56,227 nucleotides of DNA from an uncultured Akkermansia sp. (GCA_964424645.1 CAYRJI010000001.1:1-56227), one strand, 5' to 3'. Shown: positions 17,441 to 28,300, counted from the stretch's first letter. Made by a program: numbers and translations. The notes: a model not told the origin generated them from the letters alone.

Positions 17441-18709
17441 ATGATGCGTGTTCGTGAGCTTGGGATGAAGAACTTTCGCGGCCTTCCGGAATGGAGTTGT
17501 GAATTCGAGAGCGGGGTCAATTTGTTTGCCGGTGCCAATGGGTCCGGTAAATCGACGGTGCTGGATGCCCTCAGTATCATGCTGTCGCACGCGCTCGCAC
17601 GCCTCCGTCGTGAAGGAGCTCAGGGAACTCCCATCCGCGATGCCGACGTCCGCATCGGGTGTTCGGAGGCATGCCTGTCTCTTTCCTTTGTTGACGGCGA
17701 AAAGAGCATCGCGTACAAAGCGGTAGGCACGCGCAGCGGATATGCGAGGGAAAGCAAGAGCGACTTCGAGCAACTTAACGCGTGGGCGAGCGGCTTTCGT
17801 CAGGCACGGACTGCAGGTAGCCCTGTACACTATCCCATTCTGGCTCACTACAATGTGAACCGAGCTGTGGTGCAAATCCCGAGACGGGTGCGTCTCTCTC
17901 AGGTCGGGGAGCAACTCGGTGGCTACGAAGAAGCCTTGAGCGGCAGTGGTAACTTCCGCCGCTTTTTTGCTTGGTTCCGCGACCAAGAGGATTACGAGCG
18001 AGAAACCCGCGAGCATCTGGATTCCCGAGAGTACCGGGACCCGGCTCTGGAAGCTGTGCGTCAGGCAATCCGGACCCTGCTCCCGTCTTTTTCCCATATC
18101 CATGTGCGTCGTCGCCCCCACCAAGCAATGTGCGTTGAAAAAAACGGTTCTCTCCTAGATGTTGCCCAGCTTTCCGACGGCGAAAAATGTGCGCTCGCTC
18201 TCGTGGGTGATATTGCCTGCCGAATGAGCTGCCTCTGCGAAGGTCTGGGGCTCTCTACAGAGGAAATTTTGCGTACCCCCGGCGTGGTACTCATCGATGA
18301 GCTTGACCTCCACCTCCACCCAAAATGGCAACGTCTTGCCATCCGTCAGCTCCCGCTCGTCTTCCCCTCTGTGCAGTTCATCATGTCTACTCATTCGCCG
18401 CAGATGCTCGGCGAAGTTTCCCCTGAACGCGTCTTCCTCCTCCCGCCTCGCGCAAATTACCCCCTACACCCGTCTCATACCCTCGGTCTCTCCAGCAGCG
18501 AGGTGCTCAAATTCAACATGGATGAAACTGAAGAACGCGATGCCATGACCGCTGACATTGAACGTCGTTCCCTCGACGCCATCGGAAGAGGTGACTTGTC
18601 AGCTGTTGAAGCTCAACTCGAAAGGTTGAAGTCCCGCGTGCCGGATTATCAGAATCTTCCCCTCTATATTTCCTTGCTTTCTGAGCTCGAGTTCCTGAAG
18701 TTAAACTGA
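17441..18709 (+). CDS. ABC/AAA-type ATPase, Septu PtuA-like
   Basis: GANGSGKS, LSDGEK, VLIDELDLHLHPKWQ, STHSP; followed by an HNH gene. Confidence 0.85.
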   Translation: MMRVRELGMKNFRGLPEWSCEFESGVNLFAGANGSGKSTVLDALSIMLSHALARLRREGAQGTPIRDADVRIGCSEACLSLSFVDGEKSIAYKAVGTRSGYARESKSDFEQLNAWASGFRQARTAGSPVHYPILAHYNVNRAVVQIPRRVRLSQVGEQLGGYEEALSGSGNFRRFFAWFRDQEDYERETREHLDSREYRDPALEAVRQAIRTLLPSFSHIHVRRRPHQAMCVEKNGSLLDVAQLSDGEKCALALVGDIACRMSCLCEGLGLSTEEILRTPGVVLIDELDLHLHPKWQRLAIRQLPLVFPSVQFIMSTHSPQMLGEVSPERVFLLPPRANYPLHPSHTLGLSSSEVLKFNMDETEERDAMTADIERRSLDAIGRGDLSAVEAQLERLKSRVPDYQNLPLYISLLSELEFLKLN

Positions 18710-18710
18710 C

Positions 18711-19379
18711 ATGCTTAACATCGTCAAAGAGCAAGCAACTCCGCTGTTGATTGACTACATAAGTCATCCGGATGCCGATTGGGAGGGTCCGAACACGGGT
18801 AAGTATTCTTTCTCCCAAGTGAAAGCTGAGATCCGATCTTCCCTCTTCCGCGAGCAACGCGGTCTGTGCGCCTACTGCATGTGCCGTATTAACAGTGACT
18901 CCTCGAGCATTATCGAGCATTTCTTCCCCCGCAGTGAATGTGTCGGCGCAAAGGCATACTTAAGGCTGGATTACAGTAACTTGCTCCTCTGCTGCAACAG
19001 CAAGCAAAAACTCAATTCGGATCATTCTTCTCTCTCGTGCGACCGCAGCAAGGCAGATACTGTACTTCGCCATGTTCCCAACCCTGCATCCGGTGTCGAT
19101 GTGCAGTCTCTCATCTCCTACGAACCTGACGGCACCCTTGTTCCACCCCCCGCTTGGGAAGCCGAGATCAATGGGGTGCTCAATCTCAATAACCCTCTCC
19201 TAAAGCACGACCGAAAAGTTGTCCGTGCCCAATTCATCAAGCATTACATCAACAGATGGAATCACCGCCCCTTCCGGGAAATGTACAATGTCCTCTCCTC
19301 GCAAAATCCGGCACCCCCTTTTCTCGGGATCATCTTGTTTGTATTGAAAAAGAAGATGCAGCAAGGGGAGCACTCCTAG
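18711..19379 (+). CDS. HNH endonuclease, Septu PtuB-like (TIGR02646-type)
   Basis: EQRGLCAYC, IEHFFPRS, DYSNLLLCC, SCDRSK, LNLN. Confidence 0.85.
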   Translation: MLNIVKEQATPLLIDYISHPDADWEGPNTGKYSFSQVKAEIRSSLFREQRGLCAYCMCRINSDSSSIIEHFFPRSECVGAKAYLRLDYSNLLLCCNSKQKLNSDHSSLSCDRSKADTVLRHVPNPASGVDVQSLISYEPDGTLVPPPAWEAEINGVLNLNNPLLKHDRKVVRAQFIKHYINRWNHRPFREMYNVLSSQNPAPPFLGIILFVLKKKMQQGEHS

Positions 19380-19400
19380 CGAAGTCTGCTCCCCTGCCCT

Positions 19401-19638
19401 CTTCCGTCCCAAAAATTCATTGAAAATCGCCGCAATACCGGTTTCTATTCGGCTTTCACGCGCTCCGCACACCGAGGAGAGCACCAACCTCACGGTTGCA
19501 CGAATTGACTCCCCACACATCGTTTCGGTCTTGCCTCCTCTCAACGCATCCGCGCAACTCCGGTGCGCCTAGCTTCTTCACCTCGTACTTGATTCTCCCC
19601 GTGTCTTCCCGTCTCACGGTCATCGCCCACCACGAAGC
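19401..19638 (+). mobile_element. MITE-like element, copy 6 (left end present, right end truncated at the def promoter)
   Basis: Starts ccgtcccaaaaa..aatcgccgc and is colinear with 20250-20490. Confidence 0.7.
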
Positions 19639-19691
19639 GCGTCTTGACATGCGCTTGACAAATTCAGCGGAAGTAGTATGATGGCGGGGAG

Positions 19692-20243
19692 ATGCTGCTT
19701 GAGATAAAACAATACGGGGATCGGATACTGAGGGAAGTATGTGCGAAGGTCGAAAAGGTTGAATTAGAGCATAATACCTTAGCGATGAACATGCTCGAGA
19801 CGATGTATGCCGCTCGGGGAATAGGCTTGGCGGCTCCCCAAGTGGGGATTGCCATGCGTCTTGTGGTCATCGACATCCCGGAAGCAGAAGAAGGCGACCC
19901 CTCTGCCGAGAAAATAACCGTGAACGGAGAAGAGCGAGAGATGCGCAGCATCATGCCGCTCGCCTTTGTGAACCCGGAGCTGGAACCATACGGCAAGCCG
20001 GAGATGGACACGGAGGGGTGCCTCAGCGTACGCGATATCCGCTCTCAGGTAACGAGACCGGCGCGTGTTCGTGCCAAGTTGCAGCTACTGAACGGTCAGA
20101 TGATGGAGCTGGAATGCGGCGGGCTTCTGGCACGCTGTCTTCAGCATGAGTGCGACCATCTGGAAGGCATCCTCTTCACCGATCGTGTCTCCAGTGCTGC
20201 CAAGGTGACCCTAGCGAAGAAGCTCAAACGCATCCTCAGCTAA
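19692..20243 (+). CDS. def: Peptide deformylase
   Basis: GIGLAAPQVG, EGCLS, QHECDHL. Confidence 0.98.
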   Translation: MLLEIKQYGDRILREVCAKVEKVELEHNTLAMNMLETMYAARGIGLAAPQVGIAMRLVVIDIPEAEEGDPSAEKITVNGEEREMRSIMPLAFVNPELEPYGKPEMDTEGCLSVRDIRSQVTRPARVRAKLQLLNGQMMELECGGLLARCLQHECDHLEGILFTDRVSSAAKVTLAKKLKRILS

Positions 20244-20249
20244 TTGCAC

Positions 20250-20516
20250 CCACACCCGTCCCAATAAACTTCTCGAAAGACGCCGCCATACTAATCCCCA
20301 TGCGGGTTACAGATGCGCTGTGTACCAATGGAGCTTCAACATCACGGACGCATAGATTTAGTTCCCACTCGTCATTTTGGCTTTGCCTCCCCCCCCCATG
20401 CCTGCGCGACTCCGTTGCGCCTAACTTGTTCACTTCGTACTTCCGCTCCCCCGTGTCCTCCTGCCTCAAGGTCATCGCCCACCACCAAGCCTTTAATTCA
20501 TTTGGAACAGATGTGG
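20250..20516 (+). mobile_element. MITE-like element, full copy 7 (267 bp)
   Basis: Ends CCACACCCGTCCCAATAAA ... TTTGGAACAGATGTGG are imperfect inverted repeats; no transposase. Confidence 0.75.
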
Positions 20517-20619
20517 TTCGGGGCAATCACTGCAGCTCGTAAAAAAATTTTTATGCAAGACGAAGTTTTTGCTTGCCATGAGCGGTTTCTCTTGGCAAAA
20601 TAAGCGGCGAAGCAGCGAT

Positions 20620-21501
20620 ATGAAATTTCTCTCCTCCATCCGTTATAGTGTTTTGGCTTGTGGGATCATTGCCGCGTCGGTGATGGTGACCTCGTGCAGA
20701 ATGTCCATCGAGCCGTTACGAGCGTCTGAGCGACTCAAGGAAAGTCCACAGGTTTCCGTCTTCACACACAATAGCAAGCACTTTGCCAACAACAGAGATT
20801 GCTATGAAGTCGGACCGCTCCCGGACCGGGCTCGCCGCGCACTCATTACGTGGTTGCACGACTCTGTAGTCAAGGAGATGTCCTACGTGAATCCCCAGTA
20901 TTACGTGACCACCTACAATGCTCGCAGCAATGGGGAGCTGAGTGGGGAGGTGGTGTGGGGCATTCTCTCGGACGGCAAAGGAAACATGACCGGCGTGCTC
21001 GTACCTACCGACAAGCGGGTTCCCGCGTGGGACTTGCCGTCCGTCGGTTCTCACAAGGTGTACGTGTGTGAGACCTCGGAGAGGAAGGTACTCAGCGATG
21101 CCATCATGGAAGCACTCGCAGGAGCCAATTACGATACGAAGCGCATAGAGTTCCTGAAGGCTACCGGATTGGATGATCCGGAATACCTCATATCCAAGCC
21201 CCGCAGTCAGGAAGAGCAGAATAAGGGCAAGGCGGAAGAAAAGGGTGGACAGAAGGGGCAGACCGGGGAGGGGTCCAAGACGGCGGATGATGTTCAGCCC
21301 GGCGGACCTTCTGACTCTGCCAAGACGTCTGAGTCCGATACGTCCTCCGACGACGAGGAAACTTCATCTTCGAAAAAGGAAGAGGGAACGTCCTCGAGCG
21401 AAACGGAAGATACTTCCGACGACAGCTCCGGTGACGACACCGACACCGGGAGCGAAGAGGACTCGGGAGATGGCGAGGAGAGTTCCGGGGAGGAGGAATA
21501 A
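20620..21501 (+). CDS. Putative lipoprotein with acidic Ser/Asp/Glu-rich tail
   Basis: MKFLSS..VMVTS-C lipobox-like signal; low-complexity C-terminus. Confidence 0.75.
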   Translation: MKFLSSIRYSVLACGIIAASVMVTSCRMSIEPLRASERLKESPQVSVFTHNSKHFANNRDCYEVGPLPDRARRALITWLHDSVVKEMSYVNPQYYVTTYNARSNGELSGEVVWGILSDGKGNMTGVLVPTDKRVPAWDLPSVGSHKVYVCETSERKVLSDAIMEALAGANYDTKRIEFLKATGLDDPEYLISKPRSQEEQNKGKAEEKGGQKGQTGEGSKTADDVQPGGPSDSAKTSESDTSSDDEETSSSKKEEGTSSSETEDTSDDSSGDDTDTGSEEDSGDGEESSGEEE

Positions 21502-21605
21502 GAGGACGGAGAGTTGTTGGGGGCGGCGCACCACCGGATGTGCCTCGTGCTGACGCTTCGCGTTGGGTGGGGTAGAGTCTGCTTTTGAGTTTGTCCTGCT
21601 TTGTC

Positions 21606-23093
21606 ATGAAAAGTTCTCTCATTGCGCGTCAGCAGTTCTGGCACTTTGTCTTTTGGACACTCGCCCTGCTCGCTTCTATTCCCCTCCTTTGGCCGCGCAT
21701 ACTTCCACGACCTTGGCGAGCGGCTGCACCGCATGTTTGCGGTTATTTGATTGCCGCTGCTGTCCTGCTTTCCTTCATCGTATTGTGTGTATGTTGCGTT
21801 CGCATGCTCGCACGTCTTCACAATTTACGTACCTTGGGGCAAATTGTCATGTGTGGGTTGCAGTGGCTCATTGCGTGTGGTTTGTTTGCCGTGCTCGCCT
21901 ACGTGGCAGACGTCGACCCGCCTAAGGAAGAAATATTGTCGGATCGGAAAGCACCGACTCCCATTGCCCGTGTCGAACAGCCCCCCCCTATTCCTGCCGA
22001 TGTCCTATACGGACCCCATGCTCTCGTTATCCCTATAGACGTCCCTGACCATGTCGATGATTCTGATACTTCCGCTCTCCACGTACCCTCTCATCTCCTC
22101 GCACTGGAAGAGAAGCACCCTGACCTTTTAGACGCCTATATTACAAAGTCACCCCGCTGGACCAACTCCAAGGACGATCTCGTCTTTTTCAGCCAACCTT
22201 GGCACGTCGTGATGCCCGTGAAGGGGAGCAGAGTTTCAGTTCACGCAGCTTTCATTTCAATTTCTGTCGGTCAACAGGTACCTTCTGAATATAAAATTGT
22301 GAAGGCAGGAGTCCCCTACTTCTCCTCTGATCAGGAACACGGGCAGCAACTGCCCGACCTCGCGCTCGAGCTGGGGGGAGCGCACTATTTATTGCTCGCT
22401 TGGCGTGGACCGGCAGACCCCGGTCGGGCTCTGAGTGCCATCAATGCTGCAATACAAGAGGTCGATAAGATGGTTGAACCGCTTGCGGAATCTCCTACAC
22501 AAGGCACACTGGAAGCACTGTGCTCCGGTGACCTCGGGACTGAGTCGATTGAAGAAAGGGAACCGACCATACTCGTATCCGAACCATACGCCTACTCCGG
22601 TTTTTACCAAGCACAAATCCTTGCTAATCCCGGTCGTGCCGGTGACCTTATCGTGGAAGTGGAGGATTCTGAAACTCATGAAACCCTCCTCCACTTCGAA
22701 TTTCTCGCACGCTTCTCTCACCCCCCCAACGAACTTTTTCGCTACGACATCCCCGGCGATCTCTCCCCTTCCCGGCGAAAAACTCTCATTTCCAAAGGGG
22801 TGATTCCGGATAACAATGCTCCGCTCTTTATCATCCGCCGCACCCCGGCTCACCGCACCTCTCCACCGGTCAAACTCGCCAACGCGACCGGTTCCGCACC
22901 CGCAACCGATGGGTCAGTTTCCAAGCCCGAGTCTCCTTCTGCATCCGGAGAAGATGATACACCCGGTCCCCACCCCTTCGATGTTTCATTCAAACTCTTT
23001 TTCCGTCCGGCAGGTCACAAAAGGCTTGAACCCGTCACATCTCAAGCTTTCCGTGTCATCTCTCCTCCGAACCAATCCGCGCCGCAAACCTAG
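21606..23093 (+). CDS. Hypothetical membrane protein (about 3 N-terminal TM helices, soluble C-terminal region)
   Basis: About 495-codon ORF with hydrophobic N-terminal segments. Confidence 0.7.
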   Translation: MKSSLIARQQFWHFVFWTLALLASIPLLWPRILPRPWRAAAPHVCGYLIAAAVLLSFIVLCVCCVRMLARLHNLRTLGQIVMCGLQWLIACGLFAVLAYVADVDPPKEEILSDRKAPTPIARVEQPPPIPADVLYGPHALVIPIDVPDHVDDSDTSALHVPSHLLALEEKHPDLLDAYITKSPRWTNSKDDLVFFSQPWHVVMPVKGSRVSVHAAFISISVGQQVPSEYKIVKAGVPYFSSDQEHGQQLPDLALELGGAHYLLLAWRGPADPGRALSAINAAIQEVDKMVEPLAESPTQGTLEALCSGDLGTESIEEREPTILVSEPYAYSGFYQAQILANPGRAGDLIVEVEDSETHETLLHFEFLARFSHPPNELFRYDIPGDLSPSRRKTLISKGVIPDNNAPLFIIRRTPAHRTSPPVKLANATGSAPATDGSVSKPESPSASGEDDTPGPHPFDVSFKLFFRPAGHKRLEPVTSQAFRVISPPNQSAPQT

Positions 23094-23154
23094 CACCGTA
23101 ACCCGGTGTTCGCCCCCTTCTCCGCACTACCGTGTGTAGAAAAGTCAGAGGACA

Positions 23155-23422
23155 CTACATCTGTCCCAAGAAAAATACGAGCTTCGTGGTGGGCGATGAC
23201 TTTGCGGCAGGAACACACGGGGGAATGGAAGTACGAAGTGAAGGAGTTAGGCGCAACGGAGTTGCGCAGGAGAGTTGGAGGGAGGTCAAGTCGGAACGGC
23301 GTGTGAGAACTAAATCCATGCACCCCTGAAGTTGAAGTCCCCTTGGTGCGCAGAACGTCTGTAACCCGCATGGGGATTAGCATGGCGGCGTTTCTCGAAA
23401 ATTTTTATTGGGACAGGTGTGG
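23155..23422 (-). mobile_element. MITE-like element, full copy 8 (268 bp)
   Basis: ACATCTGTCCCAAGAAAAAT ... ATTTTTATTGGGACAGGTGT, 18/20 inverted match; reverse-complement colinear with copy 7. Confidence 0.8.
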
Positions 23423-23450
23423 AACTGATTTAGAGGTGTATAATTAGGGC

Positions 23451-23479
23451 TTGTCACGGATGGTATCCGGGTGTACAAT
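23451..23479 (+). promoter_or_regulatory. tRNA-Leu promoter
   Basis: TTGTCA-17-TACAAT. Confidence 0.7.
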
Positions 23480-23494
23480 ACTCGCCGTTGTTGC

Positions 23495-23577
23495 GCCGCT
23501 GTGGCGGAATGGTAGACGCAGGAGACTTAAAATCTCCCGACCTTCGGGTCATACGGGTTCGACTCCCGTCGGCGGTA
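23495..23577 (+). tRNA. tRNA-Leu (TAA); CCA not encoded
   Basis: GCCGCTG/CGGCGGT acceptor, GGAGA-CTTAAAA-TCTCC anticodon arm, long variable arm, GGTTCGACTCC. Confidence 0.97.
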
Positions 23578-23716
23578 CGCGCTGTGCGATTTCTTCTCCA
23601 TGCTCAGATCTTTTTATGGGGTATTTGCACTCTTTTTACCGACTTTAGAAGTGGTTTGCTTTTTCACTCCACAGATTATACGAAGAGCTGAATTTCGTTG
23701 CGATCGGAGAGAGACC

Positions 23717-24214
23717 CTATAACTTTTTTTCGAGCGGGGAAGGATCGGGGAGGAGGTCTCGGTAGATACCCGGAGAGGAATCCGGAATGGGTGTAGCCCC
23801 GGCAACCTTGCGGTAAAAGTCAGCGGGACCGACACCGCCGATAATGGCGTAGGCATAGCCCAAAGCGCACATTTCACGGAGAGCGGTGAGGAGGAGAAGA
23901 GACCCGACACCGGAGCCACGCGCCTCCGGGGCAACTCCCATGGGACCGACAAAACCGCGCATGGTGGCATCCACACAGACAAAGCCGACGATAGACGAAT
24001 CGCGCGTGGCAATGAAACAGCCCGGGGGTTGGTGACATACGGCAACGGTGGCTTCACTCACCCATTTGGGAGAGAAGTACTTGCCCACCCAGTGCTGCAA
24101 AGTGAGTAATTCGTAGGGCATGCAGCGACGGACGAGCACCCCTGCCTGCTGCGTGCGGTCGACAAAGGACTGCGTGGGCGGCAGACAAAAAAGGCGAACC
24201 AGCATGTCTTGCAT
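23717..24214 (-). CDS. GNAT family acetyltransferase
   Basis: GPMGVAPEARGSGVG acetyl-CoA motif, FYRK. Confidence 0.9.
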   Translation of the reverse strand: MQDMLVRLFCLPPTQSFVDRTQQAGVLVRRCMPYELLTLQHWVGKYFSPKWVSEATVAVCHQPPGCFIATRDSSIVGFVCVDATMRGFVGPMGVAPEARGSGVGSLLLLTALREMCALGYAYAIIGGVGPADFYRKVAGATPIPDSSPGIYRDLLPDPSPLEKKL

Positions 24215-24256
24215 GATCAGAAAGACGGCAGAGGTGCCGAGCGCAGAGCTCGATGA

Positions 24257-25279
24257 CTACTTACTCGCGGTCGGATTGGCACCGAGAGAGGGGTTGAAGT
24301 ACAGATCGGCAGCTCTCGAGATAGAATCATCTTTCAGGTCCGGGGCGTACACCTTGCGCAGGAGGAACGCAAGAGCGACTGCATCGCGAAAATTATATGG
24401 GGCAGCATCCCATGTCTTTTTATCAAATTTACCGGCTTTGGCAGCAAAGTCCTTTACTCCCGGCATGGCCCACAAGATGCGGAATGCGCGATGCATAGCG
24501 TCGACGGGAATTTCCATGTAGCGACCATGAGCTGCGGCTGCAACCTCACAATAGGTATCAACTGCTCTGTTGGCGAGCTCAACGTTCTCGGCACTGATCC
24601 CCTGCCGGAGCTCATCCGCCGAAATTTTGCTGGCTAGGGCACGCGCGAGAGCGTACTTCAGCCATGAGTAAACTTCCGAAGATGTCTTATCCGGGTTGAC
24701 TGCGGCACCTAGGGCAGCTTCAGCTTCTTTTTGACGCTCATCAGCTGTGGCGGGATCATCGCTCACCTTGCTGAGTACACCCGCAGCAGAGAGCTTCTCT
24801 CGTCCATCAGCATCCAACAACGTGCGCGAGGGAAAGCCATCTACCGCTTCGCCCAACGCCTTCCAGTCCATGGCGCGAGCACAACAACTGATCTCAATAA
24901 ACCCGGCAAATACAGCGGGGTTCCCCGGCAGACCGGCAAAAGCAGCATACTTCGCGCGAACTTTGGCAAGTTGACGCCTAGCGTTTAGGTCATCGGAGGA
25001 GTAGTCCTTGAGAGCTGCGGCGAGATCCGAAGGAGTTTCAATGAAGAAGAGTTCGAAGTCCTTCACTTTATAGGATGTCGGAACATCCTCGCCGGGTTCC
25101 ATACGAAGGAACGCCCCTTTAGAAACTTCCGCCGGTGCCAAAATAGCCCAACGCTGAGGCTTGGACTTCGGAGACTTCTGCACCTGCGCCGTCAATTGAA
25201 CTGCGGGCTGCTGAGCCGTCACTGCGGGGAGTGAGACCAGCATACCGCAAAGTAGCATCATTAAATTTTTCGTTTTCAT
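24257..25279 (-). CDS. Secreted helical hypothetical protein
   Basis: Signal peptide MKTK..VTA-Q; co-oriented with the TPR gene, 25-nt gap. Confidence 0.8.
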   Translation of the reverse strand: MKTKNLMMLLCGMLVSLPAVTAQQPAVQLTAQVQKSPKSKPQRWAILAPAEVSKGAFLRMEPGEDVPTSYKVKDFELFFIETPSDLAAALKDYSSDDLNARRQLAKVRAKYAAFAGLPGNPAVFAGFIEISCCARAMDWKALGEAVDGFPSRTLLDADGREKLSAAGVLSKVSDDPATADERQKEAEAALGAAVNPDKTSSEVYSWLKYALARALASKISADELRQGISAENVELANRAVDTYCEVAAAAHGRYMEIPVDAMHRAFRILWAMPGVKDFAAKAGKFDKKTWDAAPYNFRDAVALAFLLRKVYAPDLKDDSISRAADLYFNPSLGANPTASK

Positions 25280-25304
25280 ACTCGAATGTGCCTGTGTTTT
25301 CTGA

Positions 25305-28300
25305 TTACTTGCTCAGCTTGGAACGAAAATCGTTGTTTGCTTTTTCTTCCCGTTGTACGGTCGCATCTTTCCCGTATGTATCCACCAAGACAACCACCTC
25401 GTTGAAGAGGTCGCGCTCTGCAGATGTCATCTTCTGTTCAATCTTAGCTCGGCGAATCTTTTGCACATAATCGCGCCCCGTATTCCAAGCGAGCCAGTGG
25501 TCGGACGGAGAAAACTTTGTCAGACGGTCTCCCTTAGAAGGAGCATTACGCTTCCAATACTGAAGCATAAGTTCCTTGACAGCAGGGGCAGACATGGAGA
25601 TATTGCCAAAATTATGAGCGTAGATATTCACATAAGTCTGGATACCCTCCTGAACCTGACCGGATTCGCAGTATGCCTGCGCCAGCTTGAGTTGCATTTC
25701 GGAACGCTGCTTCTGGGTACCACCGCCACGAATATTCATGAACTTATGCGCACTTTCAACAGCGTCTCCATATTTCCCCACATTCATATTCAGGTCAGTC
25801 AACCCTATGAGAGCCGGTCCTGCCACATCGGGGTTCTGCACACCGGCGAGCTGTGTATAAAGCTTGAGAGCTTCATCCTGTTTCCCCTTATCATCCGAAA
25901 GTGAAAGGGCTTGAGCCTTACCGAGCGAGGCCTCATTCTGCTGGTCCTTGCCGCGCGACAAAACTTCTTCGAAATACGTGAGGGCCGTAGCAAGCGACTG
26001 CTTACGTTCCTCACTACCTGCCGGGAACCTATTGGAATTCTCCAATTCGTACTGCCCCATCTTGACGCAAATATAATTGGTCAAGTCCTCCGGCTTAAAC
26101 GCATCCCGCATCTCGCGGATAAGACGGGTACGATCGCGCTCCAATGCGACCGCTTCCTCAGCCTTCCCTGCACGTTTTGCCGCAACAGCCGCCTCGGTCA
26201 TCGAGTTGAGCAGTGCCATACGCAAGATGGCATTCGTGTACTTATCGTCCTTTTCAACACCCGGGAAGTTGGTGAGATAATTCACCTTTTCTTCAAGGGA
26301 CAGTTCTTTGTTGTGAAGCTGTTTCTCCCCATTCACATAATCTTCCACAAAGGTATTGATACTAGCCTCCAGCTCAGGATTTTGCTTATTGTTTCTGAAA
26401 GCGTAGGTAGCCTCGCGCCCTATGACATCCTGCGCACGCTTCAGGCAAACTTCGTACGCCTCCTTATTTTTTGCCTCCAGCACACGCCCGAGCTGCAGAA
26501 TAGCCATTTGGAGGGCAAAATCATCACCTTCGGCATCCACATCCTTCCAGAATGTATCAAAGTAGCCCTCGATACGTGCCTGTTTTCCGGCTTCATCTTC
26601 CCCTTCACGCGGGTCATACTCCGGGGAAAAGGAAGCGAGCCAGAAAAGAGCATTGGAAGCAACTGACTTGCCCTTCCCGTCCGGCAATTTAAGAGCGGCA
26701 GGCACAGCTTCTTCGAGATAGATGAGACCTTGAGGCTTCTCGGCATCATCATCTCCATTGATGAGGATACTACCGGCAAGCAAACGGGAAGTGGGATACA
26801 ACTCGTGCTCTTTCCAATTCTTGGCAATGACTTCGCAATAATCTCTCGCTTTCTTCAGATCGGCACGTTCTGCGTTCTCGTCCCCGTGACCACGACGCTT
26901 GAGGAGAGTGGTGATGGCGTCAAAGTAGATGTTGGGAGCCACGTTATTCTTCTCAAGATTTACGGAGGAATACTTTTCTCGGAACTCATCACCAATCTTT
27001 ATGGCTTCATCGTATTTCTTCGGATCCTCGGCACCGAGCTCCTTGTAAGCATCCATCATGAAGAAAAGCATCTGCGGCTCATAATTGTTGACCTGCTCCT
27101 CATTGAGACCACCCTCCTTCTTCTGTAACAAGCCCGACTTGCGCAGTTTCTCTCCCTCCCTCGTGACATCCCCAAAGCGATGGAGATTGTAGTAAGCGGC
27201 AATTTTGGAAAAGCACGCCGCTACGTAGGTCAATGGGTCGCTCTTCTCGTTCACTGCAGCGAGTACTTCGTCGGCGGCGGGCAGTACCTTATCCCACTGC
27301 TGCTCCTTAGTGAAACGAGTCATTTTGTTGATGGCAACAACATTCTTGTTGCCATCTCCGACATTTTCCGGGTTCACCTTCGTCTCATACTCCAAAGCGA
27401 CCTTATCATCTCCCGTAGCCCTGCAGAATTGCGAATACTGCAAATAATTGATATCGCGGAGCTCCCGCGTTTTTTCACCATTTTTTTGAGTGAGCTTCGG
27501 GTAGCGATCAATGAGCACCTTATACCCGGCTTTCGCCAAGCGGTTGGAACCCATTTTAGCCATGGCACCCGCCATCTGTAGCATCCCGAACGCCTCTAAC
27601 TCTGTGTGGTCGTTCACAATCTTTGCCAACTTTTCCCCCAAATCCCTATTGATGGGACCGGAATACACGAGCCCCATACTGCGATCACGCACATTACTGT
27701 GGTCTTTGAGCAGTTTGTACACTGCCTCTGTCGCAAGCTGAACCTCTGCCGTATCCGGCATGATACCTAGGAGCAAATTGGCTGCCTCGGCTGCCTTCGC
27801 AGCTTGGTCCAAATTACCTTTTGCCAAGGCTTCATTCATCACCTTGATGGTCTCAATGCCGTAGTTATACAAAATGCCCACGTAGGGAGCCAAACGATGT
27901 GGGGCAACATGGAAATTCCCGGGATTGGCCTGTATCATCTTGGAAACCCAACCGATGTAGCCCGGGTCCTTTTTCGCCACGGTCATTACCGTATTGAGCC
28001 CATTCATCACCATGTCGTCCGGCAGCAAGGACTTTGTTTGCCCCATCTTCGTCATATACTCCCCCGCTTTTTCAAAGTCCGGCTTCTCCTGCAAGAGGTA
28101 CGCTTGGAGCAGGAGCAGGTAGGTTCTGGAATCCAACTTCTCCTGTTTTTCCTTTTTGCTGACTTTGCCCGCTTCATACCGTTTGAGGTAGGCTTCAAGC
28201 AAAGGGATGCACTTCGTGTATGCTGCTTGGTCACCGGGTTTGTCCTTCGTCCCGGCAGCCTGCTTGTAGCGCACGTAACCCTGCTGGAAGAGTGCCATTG

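Noticed and set aside
20236-20526. Repeat-encoded small proteins (KYEV.. / LRTSY.. ORFs)
   Set aside because: Open frame and strand differ among copies, with stops and 7-bp frameshifts; likely incidental.
12327-23577. tRNA-anchored genomic island or prophage
   Set aside because: No integrase or phage genes, and no duplicated tRNA 3' end noticed.
23495-23580. Missing CCA in both tRNA genes
   Set aside because: Common in bacteria with a CCA-adding enzyme.
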